This document shows, piece after piece, positions 1-12,339 of a stretch of 63,573 bases of DNA. Every line of letters starts with the position of its first letter. The stretch's first letter is position 1. Origin of the DNA: Octopus bimaculoides (lineage: Eukaryota); the NCBI RefSeq assembly GCF_001194135.2, contig NC_069003.1, positions 11,421,694 to 11,485,266 on the forward strand, written 5' to 3'. The position numbers and the translations under genes are program-made. The notes below the pieces were generated by a model. That model worked only from the letters and a program-made list of their open reading frames with translations. It had not been told where the DNA came from and did not search any database.

Positions 1-260
1 ATATATTATTCAAAAGAATTCCAACTCTGTCTGTTTTTTTATGTTTTATTTATATTCTTATAAAATTAATGTGGGATATAGAATATGGAATAAATAGTAT
101 ATATAGTAAAATGAAATGAAGTATTGAATGTCTTATTGAATAAATGAAATATTGAATATTAAATATTAAATATTGAAGGACTAGTATATTTTCCTACTTT
201 ATAGCAGTCTTCAAGGTCCCATGTATATACATATATATATATATATATATATACCAAGTG

Positions 261-410
261 TTTCTTCCAGTTTCCATCTACCAAATCCTCTCACAAGGCT
301 TTGGTCAGCCCAAGATTATAGTAAAAGGTACTTGCCCAAGGTGCCATCCAGTGAGATTGAACCCAGAACCATGTGATTGGGAAGCAAGCTTCTTCCCACA
401 CAGCCATGCC
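261..410 (-). mobile_element. SINE family A (tRNA-derived, OR2/CORE-like) 5' head fragment
   Basis: Reverse complement matches the head of the full copy at 60442-60846 (GGCTGTGTGG...CCTTGGGCAAGT...GAAACTG). Confidence 0.8.
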
Positions 411-532
411 TGGATCCTATTGAATCAAGGTATTCAAATAGCAAAGGCACTGCACCAAGGTAGAATCGGGGATAGCACACCTGTGTGCTAACAAATGTGT
501 ATGGACATATATGTACTTACTTAAGTAAAGAC

Positions 533-819
533 TGTGGTGTATGCATGCGAGTAGATGTAATCGCCTTACCTCGGTTTTCCTTTCGTCGACTGCGAGTCTG
601 TCTTGTGGTATCCGATCCTCAAAGCTTGCCCCGACCCGAAGAACACTAGGAATAGCAGCTGCTTCTCCCAAACCTAGGCCCTCGCTTGGCAGTCCTCTCC
701 TGACCACGACCCCGTTCGAAAAGGGCACGAAATCCCGATCGAGGCTCCCTCTGCCCTTCTTCCTCTTCCGGTTAACTTGCCCTTCCGGTCAGCTCCCCAG
801 TCACTGACGTCATACCACA
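533..819. mobile_element. Solo LTR (287 bp; Gypsy or BEL/Pao type)
   Basis: Starts TGTGGT, ends ACCACA (terminal inverted repeat); flanked by a perfect 5-bp TSD AAGAC (528-532, 820-824); CpG-rich in AT-rich context. Confidence 0.8.
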
Positions 820-1294
820 AAGACACACTCATCACTCCAATTATGCACACATTCACAAGTATTGACTGAATACACAATGTGCCTGCAAAGTCACACAGGG
901 GTACACTCATGGCACATATCCCACAGTTGACTATAGGCTCCAAATCCAATGCAGGGCAGGTTCTGAGTGAGGTGAAGAATAAACAATAAGACAGATGGGT
1001 TGAGATTCACTACAGCTGTTTTAGACACGTTCTTTGTTTATGAAGAAAAATGTAAAATCATGCAAAAAAAAAAATAGTTTTCTTCAGGTGAATTAAGAGT
1101 AAAATTTAACACTTAGGATTCTTCATAAAAATAAAACGTAATGCAAGTTGACTCTCTCATCAAAGAGTTCAATTTTACTCTTAATTCATCCAAAGAAAAT
1201 GTTTTGTATGCTTGATATAACATGTTTGTTCATCAATAAAGAACAGGCCTGAAACAGCTGTAGTGAGCCTCAAACCATCTGTGTTATTGTTGAT

Positions 1295-1416
1295 GTATAT
1301 GTATATGTATGTATGTATGCATGTATGTATGCATGTATGTATGTATGTATATACACACACATATGTGTGTTTATATATATAAATATATATATGTACATAC
1401 ACACACATATCTGTGT

Positions 1417-1454
<38 letters not shown>

Positions 1455-1455
1455 C
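1295..1455. repeat. Compound (TATG)n/(CA)n/(TG)n microsatellite
   Basis: Directly visible. Confidence 0.9.
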
Positions 1456-1821
1456 TGAATAAATACATATATTTCTGTAGAGCTTCTCACTATGAAATTT
1501 CACTCAGAAGGTTGGCATGAGGTTATACACGTAGACAACACCTGTGCCATGTGGCACAACAGACATGCCACACGGTGGGACAGAATTCTGAAACCATGTG
1601 ACTGTAAAACAAACTTCTCAATTTAAACAGCCACACCTGTATTTATACCTGGTTCAAAAAAATCAATAAGTTTTATTTCTATGCCAAGTATCTCCTTGAT
1701 CAATCAATAATTTATCTGTGTATACTGTCTGTTTAGTATATTGTATTTTCATAAGGCAGCAAGCTGGTAGAATCATTGCATGCCAGATAAAATGCTTAGT
1801 GGCATTTAGTCCACATTTACA

Positions 1822-1822
<1 letters not shown>

Positions 1823-1854
<32 letters not shown>

Positions 1855-2182
1855 GTTTAACATCCGCTTTCCATGCTAGCATGGGTTGGACGATTTGACT
1901 GAGGACTGGTGAAACCAGATGGCTACACCAACCTCCAATCTGATTTGGCAGAGTTTCTACAGCTGGATGCCCTTCCTAACGCCAACCACTCAGAGAGTGT
2001 AGTGGGTGCTTTTACGTGTCACCCGCACGAAGGCCAGTCAGGTGGTACTGGCAACGGCCACGCTCAAAATGGTGTATTTTATGTGCCACCCGCACAAGAG
2101 CCAGTCCAGGGGCACTGGCAACGATCTCGCTCGAAAATCCTACGAAGGCCAGTCAGGCGGTACTGGCAACGGCCACGCTCAC
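1823..2182 (-). mobile_element. Family D: young retroposon made of RTE-LINE 3'UTR with internal tandem subunits, inserted in an old SINE B
   Basis: Minus strand ends ...ATGGAAAGCGGATGTTAAACG(ATG)n; SINE B sequence on both flanks; near-identical copies at 19225, 31490, 34340, 48327. Confidence 0.8.
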
Positions 2183-2344
2183 ACTCTGAGTTTAAATTCC
2201 ATCAAGGTCAACTTTACCTTTCATCCTTTTGGAGTAAATAAAATAAGATTCATTTGAATATTGGGGTCGATTTAATTGACTTACTCCTCGCCTCACTAAA
2301 ATTGCTGGCATTGTGCCAAAATTTGAAACTAACATATTGTATTT

Positions 2345-2800
2345 TCAAGGAAATTGAAAGTGAGGTTGTTTCTGGCAACAGTGGAGCCTGTTCTTCTATA
2401 CAGGGTTGAAACATGGATGTTTACTAAAGCATTGAAGAAGCAGTTGGGTGGTTGTTATTTGAGGATGCTTAGAATGGCACTCAGTGTCTCCTGGAAGAGT
2501 CATACAACAAACGCCAACTTATACCAGGGACTACCATAAGTAACATTGAAGATAAAGTATAGAAGGATGAGGCTAGCTGGACACTGCATCAGACACACCG
2601 ATGAAATTGTTAACAAACTAGTGTTCTGGCAACCAACAGAAGGAAGAACCAAGAGAGGAAGGAGGAAGACGACCTATATCGACAACTTGCTGGAGGATTC
2701 TGGTATGGAAGGGGTACAGGAGCTGAGAACCATTATGGAAGATCGAGATGAATGGGGGGAAATGTGTGGAAACAGTCTTGGGGCGTCCTGAGGGATGGCC
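2345..2800 (+). mobile_element. LINE ORF2 C-terminal fragment (RTE-like), frameshifted
   Basis: Translations LLYRVETW..., RRMRLAGHCIRH...GRTKRGRRKTTYIDNL typical of non-LTR RT C-termini. Confidence 0.8.
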
Positions 2801-3029
2801 TAGATAGATGTATTTTCATTATTTCATTCACTAGAGGCCCCCAGTTCAATCCTAGGCACCCTCTTATTAGTTGAGAGCAGTTGAGTGGCAGAATCATTAG
2901 AGCAGCAGACGAAATATCTTGCAGTATTTGTTCCAAATCTTTACATTCTGAGTTCAAATCCTGCTAAGGTCAACTTTACTTTACAACCTTCCTTGATTAG
3001 TAAAATAAAGTACCAGCTGGATACTGGGA

Positions 3030-3256
3030 TCGGTTTAACTCTTTAGATTTCTCTGCCAAATGTAATGCCTATTTATTCACATTGTTTTGAATTAATCATG
3101 CATTATTTCGTAGCTTTGAGATTTCAATGGTGTAATTGCTTATTTTTAGTATGACATTGTAGGGTAGGTGTGATAGGTCAGAGCTGGCCAGTTTGAATGT
3201 AAAACAGATAGAATATTCTGGCTGGATATGGCTGATTTAAATGCTAAAGGGTTGAT
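3030..3256 (+). mobile_element. MITE family E (piggyBac-type TTAA-CCC ends), partial
   Basis: Matches complete copy 61064-61293; ends AATGCTAAAGGGTT. Confidence 0.65.
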
Positions 3257-4138
3257 CAACTAACTCTTCTCGGCCGTGTGCCTTTGTTAGGAATCATTAT
3301 TTCATTTGAGAAGGGAGCAAGCTGGCAGAATTGTGAGCATGCTGAGCAAAATGCTTAGTGATATTTCATCTGTCTTTATGTTCAGAGTTCAAATTCTGCC
3401 AAGGTCAACTTTGCCTTTCATCTTTTTGAGGTTCATAAAATAAGAACCAGTCCAGCACTAGAGTCAATATAATCAACTAGTCCCCTCACCCAAAATTCCA
3501 GGCCTCGTGCCTATAGAAGAAAAGATTATTTCATTTGAGAAATGCATTAGCACCATGTAATCATATTGTTTCTCTACAATTTCTATAACATGAGACATTT
3601 TTCCTGTGTCGGAAATAAATCAGTTTTATGCCAAGCACATCTGTATTAAATCAATAATTTTGTATGTGTGTTTTGCATTTGTTCACTGCTGAACTTACTG
3701 ACAGCAGTGACTGGTGAGTAAATACTCTTGTCTCCAGAGATACATAAATAATTTTCAACATCATTTGCTGGTGTGAAGTTAAACAACTGATTTATATTAA
3801 AAAAAAAAGATATATAAGCTAGAAGCATGCCTGTATGGTTAAGAAACTTGTTTTTTAACTCTATGGTTAGGAAAGTGCCTTTTGCTATAGGCCTGGACCA
3901 ACAAAAGTTAGACAACTAATAAAATATAATATATGTAAGTTAGATGCAGATATGGCATGTGGTTCGGGGTTCAGTCCCATGCTGTAGAGCTGAACCCAAA
4001 GAAAGTACCTACTCTATCCCTGGGACAACCAATGTTACACTAGGCTTTGATTTATAAAATTTATAAGATGTAAATCTTGGAAATCAAAGCCTAGTGAATG
4101 GATGTGGTAGACAGAAACTAAAAGAAGCCAATTGTGTA

Positions 4139-4164
<26 letters not shown>

Positions 4165-4177
<13 letters not shown>

Positions 4178-4400
4178 CGGAGTAAGCACATAAATGTGCA
4201 ACAAGGTGGAAAAAAAGAGTACTCAAATAACAGAGGTAGAGTAATATGCTTTATTTAAAAGCAGCAGAAATATAACAAAAAACTGTGACTTGGAGTTTCA
4301 CGTTCCCGTTCATCGGACAGTTTTCTTAGAAATGGGAAAGAAATAACAATGTATATATATACAGTAGAATAAGAAATAGAAAATTCTTGGTAATCCTTGG
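4165..4400 (-). mobile_element. Penelope-like element remnant carrying a hammerhead-like motif
   Basis: Contains a minimal type-I hammerhead-like fold at 4279-4324; such motifs are known from Penelope-like pLTRs; family assignment is inferred. Confidence 0.5.
4279..4324 (-). ncRNA. Minimal type-I hammerhead ribozyme-like motif (U4C variant)
   Basis: Minus strand AAAACTGT-CCGATGA-ACG GGAA CGT-GAAAC-TCCAA-GTC-ACAGTTTT: 8-bp stem I, 3-bp stem II, GAAA, GUC cleavage triplet. Confidence 0.6.
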
Positions 4401-4420
4401 TACAGTATTAATGTATTTAC

Positions 4421-4554
4421 AAAAATGAATAAAAATGGCTTTTCTGATAATTTTTCCAATTTAATAATTAGATGTTTATAAGTTTACAAAGACTTATAAA
4501 CATCCAATTATTAAAGTGGAAAAATTATCAGAAAACCCATTTCTATTCATTTTT
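4421..4554. repeat. Long near-perfect inverted repeat (63-bp arms, 8-nt loop)
   Basis: 4421-4483 vs reverse complement of 4492-4554: 4 mismatches by manual alignment. Confidence 0.9.
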
Positions 4555-5129
4555 TTCAAATGTGTGTGTGTGTGTGTGTGTGGGCACGCACGTGTAGCCA
4601 ATCAATTCAAGGATATCCTCATTAGGAATTAATAAATCCAAAATTTCATTGGTTTAATCTCCATCACATCAAAAGAAAATTTCTGTGTTGCAGTGTCTGC
4701 TGTAGAAAGAAAGACTGAACAGGCAAACAACTGGTGTCAGTTTAGAGCATGGAGTTTATATATCTAAACATAGCTGTGAAGCTGTTACAATAGTATTGTT
4801 AGAAGAAAATAGAGTGTATCATAGAAATAAAGGGGGAGTAAGAAGGTGTGTTAATAGCTCTTACAGCTATTACCTGAATATATGCAGCCATAGTGCATAT
4901 GGGGAAGATAAGCATTCCTATATATTAGCTAATATATGGAATGTTTAAATGTTTATCTTTGTTTACTGGAAAATGAACCTATATACACTATATGTACAGC
5001 TATTCTGGAAACAGATGTAAGGAACTATCTGCATGCCTTGTTATTCCCTTATTTCTACCATGCACTCTAATTTGTTATAACAACTCTATTGTAACAGCTC
5101 TATAACTATGTTTAGATATATAAATTCAA

Positions 5130-5135
5130 TGGTGA

Positions 5136-5167
<32 letters not shown>

Positions 5168-5390
5168 ACGATGATGATCATAATGATGACAATGATGATG
5201 ATGACGATGATGATGATAATGACATCGATAATGATGATGGTGATGATGGCAATGACAGTGATGACAACAATGATGACGATGACGATGATGTTGACAATGA
5301 CAACAATAACAACTACAACGATGGTGGTGGTGGTGGAGGAGGAGGATAAAGCTAATAATGATGATTGTGATGATACTTATAATGATGATG
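5130..5390. repeat. Degenerate (GAT/GAC/AAC)n trinucleotide tract
   Basis: Directly visible; source of the poly-Met ORF. Confidence 0.9.
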
Positions 5391-5904
5391 CTTTTCAGAG
5401 CAGGTGGCCTGTAGAAATTAAAAAATGGCAGTAGGGGCGATGTGGGACAAGGCAGGGAGCATATAAGTTGCCATATTTAATAACATTAAGGTAGTTTGAA
5501 CATATTAATTAAACTTCTCTAACACTATGGCATTGGCTAAAGAAGAATTCTATGAATGTAAACCCATTTATCTTTGCATTAATAAAGAAGGTGTGTTGGG
5601 GGGGGGGGCAAACATTTCACAAATTTTTAGGAGTTTGTGTATGGTGGGGGAGGTGTGTGGTACTCGTCACTTTGAGAATTGTCGGTTTATTGTTTTACCG
5701 ACTCCTGCTTTTTTATGTTGTCAGTATGTGTGTGTGTGTGTGTGAATGATCTACATTTCATTTAATTACCCCCTTGTCACACAAATGTTTATCTAATTAC
5801 AGTAGAAGACAATATGTATATATGTGTGGGCGTGTGCATGTATGTATGTGTATATGTATGCATGTGTGTGTCTGTGTGTATACACACACACACACATACA
5901 TACA

Positions 5905-6850
5905 TATCATCATCATCATTATAATCATCATCATCATTAACATCTGTTTTCTTTACAGGCATGGGTTGGTTACAGTTTGACAGGAGCTGACCAGCTGAAG
6001 AGCTGCCTGGGTCTCATATCTGTTTTGGTTTGGTTTCTATGGCTGGATGCCCTTCCTAATGCCAACCACTTTACAGAGTGTACTGGGTACTTTTTACATG
6101 GCACCAGTATGGGTGCTTTTTACATGGTCCCAGCACCCATGAGCTTGCAAGATTAGGTTCAGGCAGCTGAAGAAAGATGCAGGGGACATACCTCTATACA
6201 ACGACAGCCACAATTTTACTTAGGTTGACACATCTTCTCAAATACAGCAAACCGCCAGGAGTCTCAGTCCCCTGTCATCCCCCCCAACCCGTGAGACCCA
6301 ACTTCTGAAGATTTTTTCTCACCACTTCCTCCTGCCTCTTCCTAGGTCTACCCCTTCCACATGTTCCCTACACAATTAGAAATTTGAATCTCTTGATGCA
6401 ACTGTCTTCATTCATATCCATTACATGGCCGTACCAGTGCAGTCTTCTCTCTTGCACATTACCTTGTATACTCAGTTTTTCTCTCAAATCACTACACTCT
6501 GTCATATATACACACTGACATTATCCATCCAGTGAATTATACTGGCTTCATTTCTTTCAAACTTTTGCATATCCTCAGTAGTCACAGCCCATGCCTCACT
6601 GCCATGTAGCATAGCTGTTTGTATACATGCATCATACAATCTACCTTTCACTCTGAAGGAGAGGCCCTTTGTTTCTAAGAGAGGTAGTAACTCTCTGAAC
6701 TTTGCCCAGCCTCTTCTTATTCTAGTAGCTATGCTTTCGGAACAACTTCCCCCTACTAATAACTTGGTTACCTAAGTAACAAAAACTGGTTATTACTTCT
6801 AAGGATATCCCCTGACATTTGAGAGAGTCTTGTTTTGTACATTCTTGATG
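5905..6850 (-). mobile_element. RTE-clade LINE 3' fragment (ORF2 end plus 3'UTR plus (ATG)n tail)
   Basis: Reverse complement aligns with 12340-13220 and 35160-36150; includes SFCYLG-like motif near 6780. Confidence 0.8.
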
Positions 6851-7289
6851 TTTAATGTAACTGCATGTCTACCACATGTAAAGACTACTTTCCTTGTTAG
6901 TCTCCCAGTGATGCTGCTACACCTCTTATGAGTCCACAGCTTGCACTTGGTACACCGTATGGAGATTCTTTTGACATCTTTTCAGAGTGCCATCATTTAC
7001 AGGTTAAAACAATGCAAAGCACATTGTCACCAGCAATGTACAACATCTGATAGTCTGACCAATACTGCAATGCATTAAGTGTTTACAAATTCTATCCAAG
7101 GATTATTGTTATTATTACTATATTTATCCCACATTATATCGGTACAGCTCAATGCATCCTCAAAAAACTAGTTCACCAGTAAGCATCATTAGACTGTGAC
7201 CAGCATAATGAAATTGGAGCTTTATTTGCATATACCAAATGTTTCCCGTACAAGTTTAAAAGATATATATATATCGTCAAATTTGCAAA

Positions 7290-7640
7290 ACTAGAATATC
7301 ATACTGATGAGGAAATGAAAAGTTTTTACCTTTCTAAGCCAGAAACGCGTCTATGATTAACTAAGACTGGTTAGTTTCATTATTTTTTCTTCTTGTTTTG
7401 CCTTTGTGAGTTATAAGTATTACTATCTGTTGGAGTTTCAGCACTTTAGCTGCTATTTCTGAACTTCGGTATGTGGTGAAGCAACTGTTGCTGATCCCTT
7501 AATTATGTTTATAAATGTATAAGAACTTTTAAATAAGTACTTCACCGATAATGGTGTTTACATACCGAAGGGCTTGGTAAAAATTATTAATTATTAATTT
7601 ATTAATAAATTAATAAATTGATAATCCTTTACCCTTTTAT
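7290..7640 (+). mobile_element. Penelope-like terminal repeat remnant with degenerate hammerhead-like motif (7298-7357)
   Basis: ATCATA-CTGATGA...GAAAC-GC-GTC-TATGAT; homologous to 32642-33035. Confidence 0.55.
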
Positions 7641-7658
7641 TTGTAATACATATATATA

Positions 7659-7689
<31 letters not shown>

Positions 7690-7790
7690 GTGTGTGTATG
7701 TATACGAGGGTCAGCTGAAAAGTTAATAGGCTGAGCAAGATACTCTAATGGAATGTGGCTNNNNNNNNNNTGTATGTATGTATGTATGTA

Positions 7791-7845
<55 letters not shown>

Positions 7846-7869
7846 ATGTATGTATGTGTGTGTGTATGT

Positions 7870-8890
7870 ATACGAGGGTCAGCTGAAAAGTTAATAGGCT
7901 GAGCAAGATACTCTAATGGAATGTGGCTAAATGAGGTTTATTTTTCAACATAGTTCCCCTTGCGTTTCACACATTTCTGCCATCAGTGTTGCAGTGCTTT
8001 GAATCCCATTGGTGAGAAATCTTTCATCCTGTTGCTCAAAAAAGTCATCAACAACAGATATAACGTCCCCATCACTGAAATAATGGTTCCCAGCCCAATG
8101 TTTTCTAATGTTGGAGAGCAGATGATAGTCTAAATCAGGAGAATAGGGAAGATGATCAATCAGTTCAAAATCACATTCACACCCAGCAGCCATTGAAAAC
8201 TTAGGATTTGTTTGCTGGAGTATTGACCTGATGAAACAAGGCCCCTTTTGTCAGTTTTTCTGGGCGTTTAGTCTTGATAGCTGTTCATAACTGCCTCAGC
8301 AAGTTGGCATGGTACTCTCCATTGATGGTGTGACCCTTTTGAAGATATTCAATAAAGACAACGCCTTTTGCATCCCCCAAAAAACTGATGTCACCACCTT
8401 CCTTGCAGATGAAACAAACTCGGCCTTCTTTGGAACAGGTGAGGAGGGTGTCTCTTTGTCTCTGGTTCAAAATGATGAACTCAGCACTCGTCCTGGGAAA
8501 TGTTCAAGGAAACCAGTTGGATCTGCCTCAAACAAAGTGAGATCTTCTTGTAATGTGATCAGCCTGGTGCACTTTTGATCAGGTGTCAGAAGGCCCAGCA
8601 CCCACCGAGGAGAAACCTTCATCATGCCAAATTCATTGTGCAGAATATTCTCAACTTTCTCAAGAGATGTGTTGATGGCATTCTCTATTTCATTTATTGT
8701 CAGTTGCCTGTCATTCATCACCATGTGGTGAACACGATCAATGTTTACCTCGGTGGTGGTATTTACAAGATGTCCAGAACTTGGGTCATCTTTAAGATTC
8801 TCCTTTCCCCTCTTAAATTCAGCTTCCTGCTTTTGCACTGGTGATAGAGCTGGAGCATCATGCCCTAATTAGCAACCATGTTCGCATGAA
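7870..8890 (-). mobile_element. Mariner transposase fossil with one TIR
   Basis: Broken frames encode EFKRGKENLKDDPSSG, KVSPRWV, GHTINGEYHANLL, LPYSPDL; TIR-like TACGAGGGTCAGCTGAAAAGTT at 7870. Confidence 0.9.
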
Positions 8891-8899
8891 TATTCTTGC

Positions 8900-9200
8900 A
8901 CTCTGTCAGTTCTGACAATGAGGGTTCCAGCTGATCTGATCAACAGAACAGCCTGCTCGTGAAATTAACGTGCAAGTGGCTGAGCATTCCACAGACATGT
9001 GTACCCTTAAAGTAGTTCTCAGGGAGATTCAGTGTGACACAGAATGGGACAAGGTCAGCCCTTTGAAATACAGGTACAACTCGTTTTTGCCAGTTGAGTG
9101 GACTTTACATTGCTCAAGACACAATGCGTTGCTGGCAATTGAACCCACAACCTTACAGTCATGAGTCAAATACCCTTAACCACTAAGCCATGCACCTTCA
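8900..9200 (-). mobile_element. Older SINE related to family C (shared 3' half, different head)
   Basis: Shares GAGGGTTCCAGCTGATC...GTGCAAGTGGCTGAGCA with family C copies. Confidence 0.7.
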
Positions 9201-9267
9201 CTAATCCATGGATTAAAAATGAGGGAATTAAGAGGCCAGAAATTGGGGCTCTCTTTTCTCTCTGTTT

Positions 9268-9663
9268 CTTTTACTCTTTTACTTGTTTCAGTCATTTGAC
9301 TGCGGCCATGCTGGAGCACTGCCTTTTAGTCGAGCAAATCGACCCCAGGACTTATTCTTTGTAAGCCTAGTACTTATTCTATCGGTCTCTTTTGCTGAAT
9401 CGCTAAGTTATGGGGACGTAAACACACCAGCATCGGTTGTCAAGCAATGTTGGGGGGACAAACACAGACACAAACACACTCATATATATACATATACATA
9501 TATACGATGGGCTTCTTTCAGTTTCCGTCTACCAAATCCACTCACAAGGCTTTGGTCAGCCCGAGGCTATAGTAGAAGACACATGCCCAAGGTACCACGC
9601 AGTAGGACTGAACCCAGAACCATGTGGTTGGTAAGCAAGCTACTTACCACACAGCCACTCCTG
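9268..9663 (-). mobile_element. SINE family A, full length
   Basis: Aligns end to end with 60442-60846. Confidence 0.9.
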
Positions 9664-9954
9664 TGTTGTGTAAAGTTGTAGAAATTTTCTGACAACCACT
9701 TCTGACTCTTTATGGAGGAATGGCAAAGAGCTGAATCCTGCCACCACACACGTGACCTTCCAGCAGCAACCATCTCCAGCCAGGGTTTGACCATAATCTT
9801 CAATGGCTTCACATAGCCATCAGAATCGTCATTTCAATGTAGTTCAACATGAACTTGTGACGAAAGTGGTTGCATTATGTGTGCTTCGGACCACCTTCTG
9901 ATTTTCATCAGTTTCGGTCTCGGCAACATTCTTAAAACGGACAGACCTTCAACT

Positions 9955-10650
9955 CTGAAGAGGATGTAAAAATTCACCTAGAAGAGTTTTTTTGCAAGTA
10001 AAGACAGGAAATTTCTTCAGTATGAAATAATGGATCTGCACATGAGATGGTAGAAGATACTGGAACAAAGAGTAATTACTGTAAATCCTCGAGTATAGTC
10101 TACCCTTGAGTATAATATGCAGGGGATTTTTAGCGGGGCTGTACCTCTGAAAAACCTAAACCTTGTGTATAATATGCACCCCTTCTCTAACTTGAGTCAA
10201 GGAGGTCTATATAATGCCCTTGGTTTGTAAACATATATACGGTAACGTGCTTTATTATTATTGTATATATAACATAATGCAAACGTGTAGCTTTTTTGTG
10301 CTCTTTGCAGAAAATAAAGAAATAACAGTAATAACATCAATAAAAAATAAATATTAAGTAAATTGCCTTTATATATTTATCACCATCAGTTATAATCCCG
10401 GCATCACAAAATGCGTCTGAATAAACATTGCTGGACAGCAAATAGAGACTCGGACATTGCTTAGAAAATAGTTTTCATTTTTAACCTCGTATATAGTACG
10501 CACTAGGGATTTTGCCCTTTAAATTTTGGGAAAAAAATGTGGATTATACTCGAGGATTTACGGTATATCATTGATTGAATAAATTGCTTTATGTTTAAAA
10601 CTTGTCTTATTTTCACTTAAAAACTAAACAGACTTTTTGACCAACCCATT
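9955..10650 (+). mobile_element. Mariner 3' end interrupted by a MITE
   Basis: Encodes DVKIHLEEFFASKDRKF...RW*KILEQ, resumes after 10565 with YIID* and a TIR-like end. Confidence 0.65.
10079..10563. mobile_element. Tc1/pogo-type MITE (485 bp)
   Basis: 19-bp TIRs C(T/C)GTAAATCCTCGAGTATA, TA on both sides. Confidence 0.85.
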
Positions 10651-10679
10651 ATTCATGTATATGCATGTATGTGTTCTTT

Positions 10680-11305
10680 TATTGTTTTATTTGTTTCAGT
10701 CGTTTTGACTGTGGCCATGCTGGAACACAGCCTTTAGTCGAACAAACTGACCTCAGGACTTATTCTTTTGTAAGCGTAGTACTTATTCTATTAGTCTCTT
10801 TTGCTGAACTGCTAAGTTACGGGGATGTAGACACTCCAACATTGGTTGTCAAGTGATGGTGGAGGGACAAACACAGACACACAAAAACACACACACACAT
10901 ATACAACGGGCTTCTTTCAGTTTCTTATTTGTTTATTGCCCACAAGGGGCTAAACACAAAGGGGACAAACAAGGACAGACAAAGGGATTAAGTTGATTAC
11001 ATCGAATCCAGTGCGTAACTGGTACTTAATTTATCAACCCCGAAAGGATGAAAGGTAAAGTCGACCTCGGCAGAATTTGAACTCAGAACGTAACTGCAGA
11101 CGAAATACCGCAAAGCATTTCGCCCGGTGTGCTAACGTTTCTGCCAGCTCAGCTTCTTTCAGTTTCCGTCTACCAAATCCACTCACCATGCTTTGCTTGG
11201 CCCGAGATTATAGTAGAAGACACTTGCCCAAGGTGTCACACAGTGGGACTGAACACGGAACCATGTGGTTGGTAAGCAAGCTACTTACCACACAGCCGCT
11301 CCTGC
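10680..11305 (-). mobile_element. SINE A with nested SINE B (10925-11151)
   Basis: 15-bp TSD GCTTCTTTCAGTTTC at 10910-10924 and 11152-11166. Confidence 0.9.
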
Positions 11306-12339
11306 ACCTATATGTGTGTGTGTGTCTGAATGTGTTTGTTGCTTAGTTCTAGGTCAGTCGTTATCAGGTATACCTGTAATCAAATGCATTCCAGGTAAAA
11401 CCGTTCATCTATTTTTCAGACATAGCATATCAAAAACTTTATTATTTAATTTATCTTTCCTTTTTTAAGACACAAGAATGCAATTTGAAAGATTTGGCCA
11501 CTAACTTTAGCAGATCAAACAACCATGTATAGAATGGCTGTTGACTCATGGTTGTATATAGTGTTTTCTTTCTGACCTTAATTTCCCGTGTGGGGTAGTT
11601 CAGTTTGACTTCCTCATTAAGCTGAACAGGCATGTCCCAGAATATTGTAATCACATCATTGTCACAACAAGGTTAGGTGCATGTTTTTTACAAATTACAT
11701 TCAGTTTTGATGTGACAGCCACTAGATATAGTCATTTACATGGTCATGTCTATGTATATCTTCTGTTGTCATGGTGACCAGGCCATTGAAAATGATGTGA
11801 TTGATTTTCTTTCTTTCAGTTAATTAAGTAGGTTGTAATTAACTATTTCAGTTTTCAGTCCAAGACTTTTTAATTATTGCTGTCTTTAATCCTTTTAATA
11901 CAAATCTGGGGCCACCCTCTGGCTCTGTGATACAAACTTCCTCTTTTAAGGAGATTAAAATTTAAACTTTACATCAAAATTTCATTTTAATTTAAGTTCC
12001 AGACACCAGCTTAATAATAGTTTCAAATTGTGGCACAAGGCCAGCAATTTGGGTGGGGGGGGAGTAAGTTGATTTCATCAATCCCCACTGCTCAACTGGT
12101 ACTTATTTTATCGACCCCCAAAATGATGAAAGGCAAAGTCAACCTCAGTAGAACTTGAACTTAGAACATATAGATAGAAGAAACGCTGCTAAGTATTTTA
12201 TCTAGCATGCTAACAATTCTGCCAGCTCATGCCACCTCCCCATACACCAGCTTGAAAGAAAAACAGTGGCATCACTGGAAGATTAACAGAGAAAATAGGC
12301 TTTACATGTGGCTGACGTGCAGGTAGATTAAACACCAAG

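Noticed and set aside
5108-5434. Poly-Met ORF; also poly-Leu/Asn at 52208 and His/Thr-rich ORFs at 13415-13925
   Set aside because: Translations of microsatellites.
7661-7930. Apparent tandem duplication of the mariner TIR region
   Set aside because: Identical sequence on both sides of a 10-N gap; probably contig overlap.
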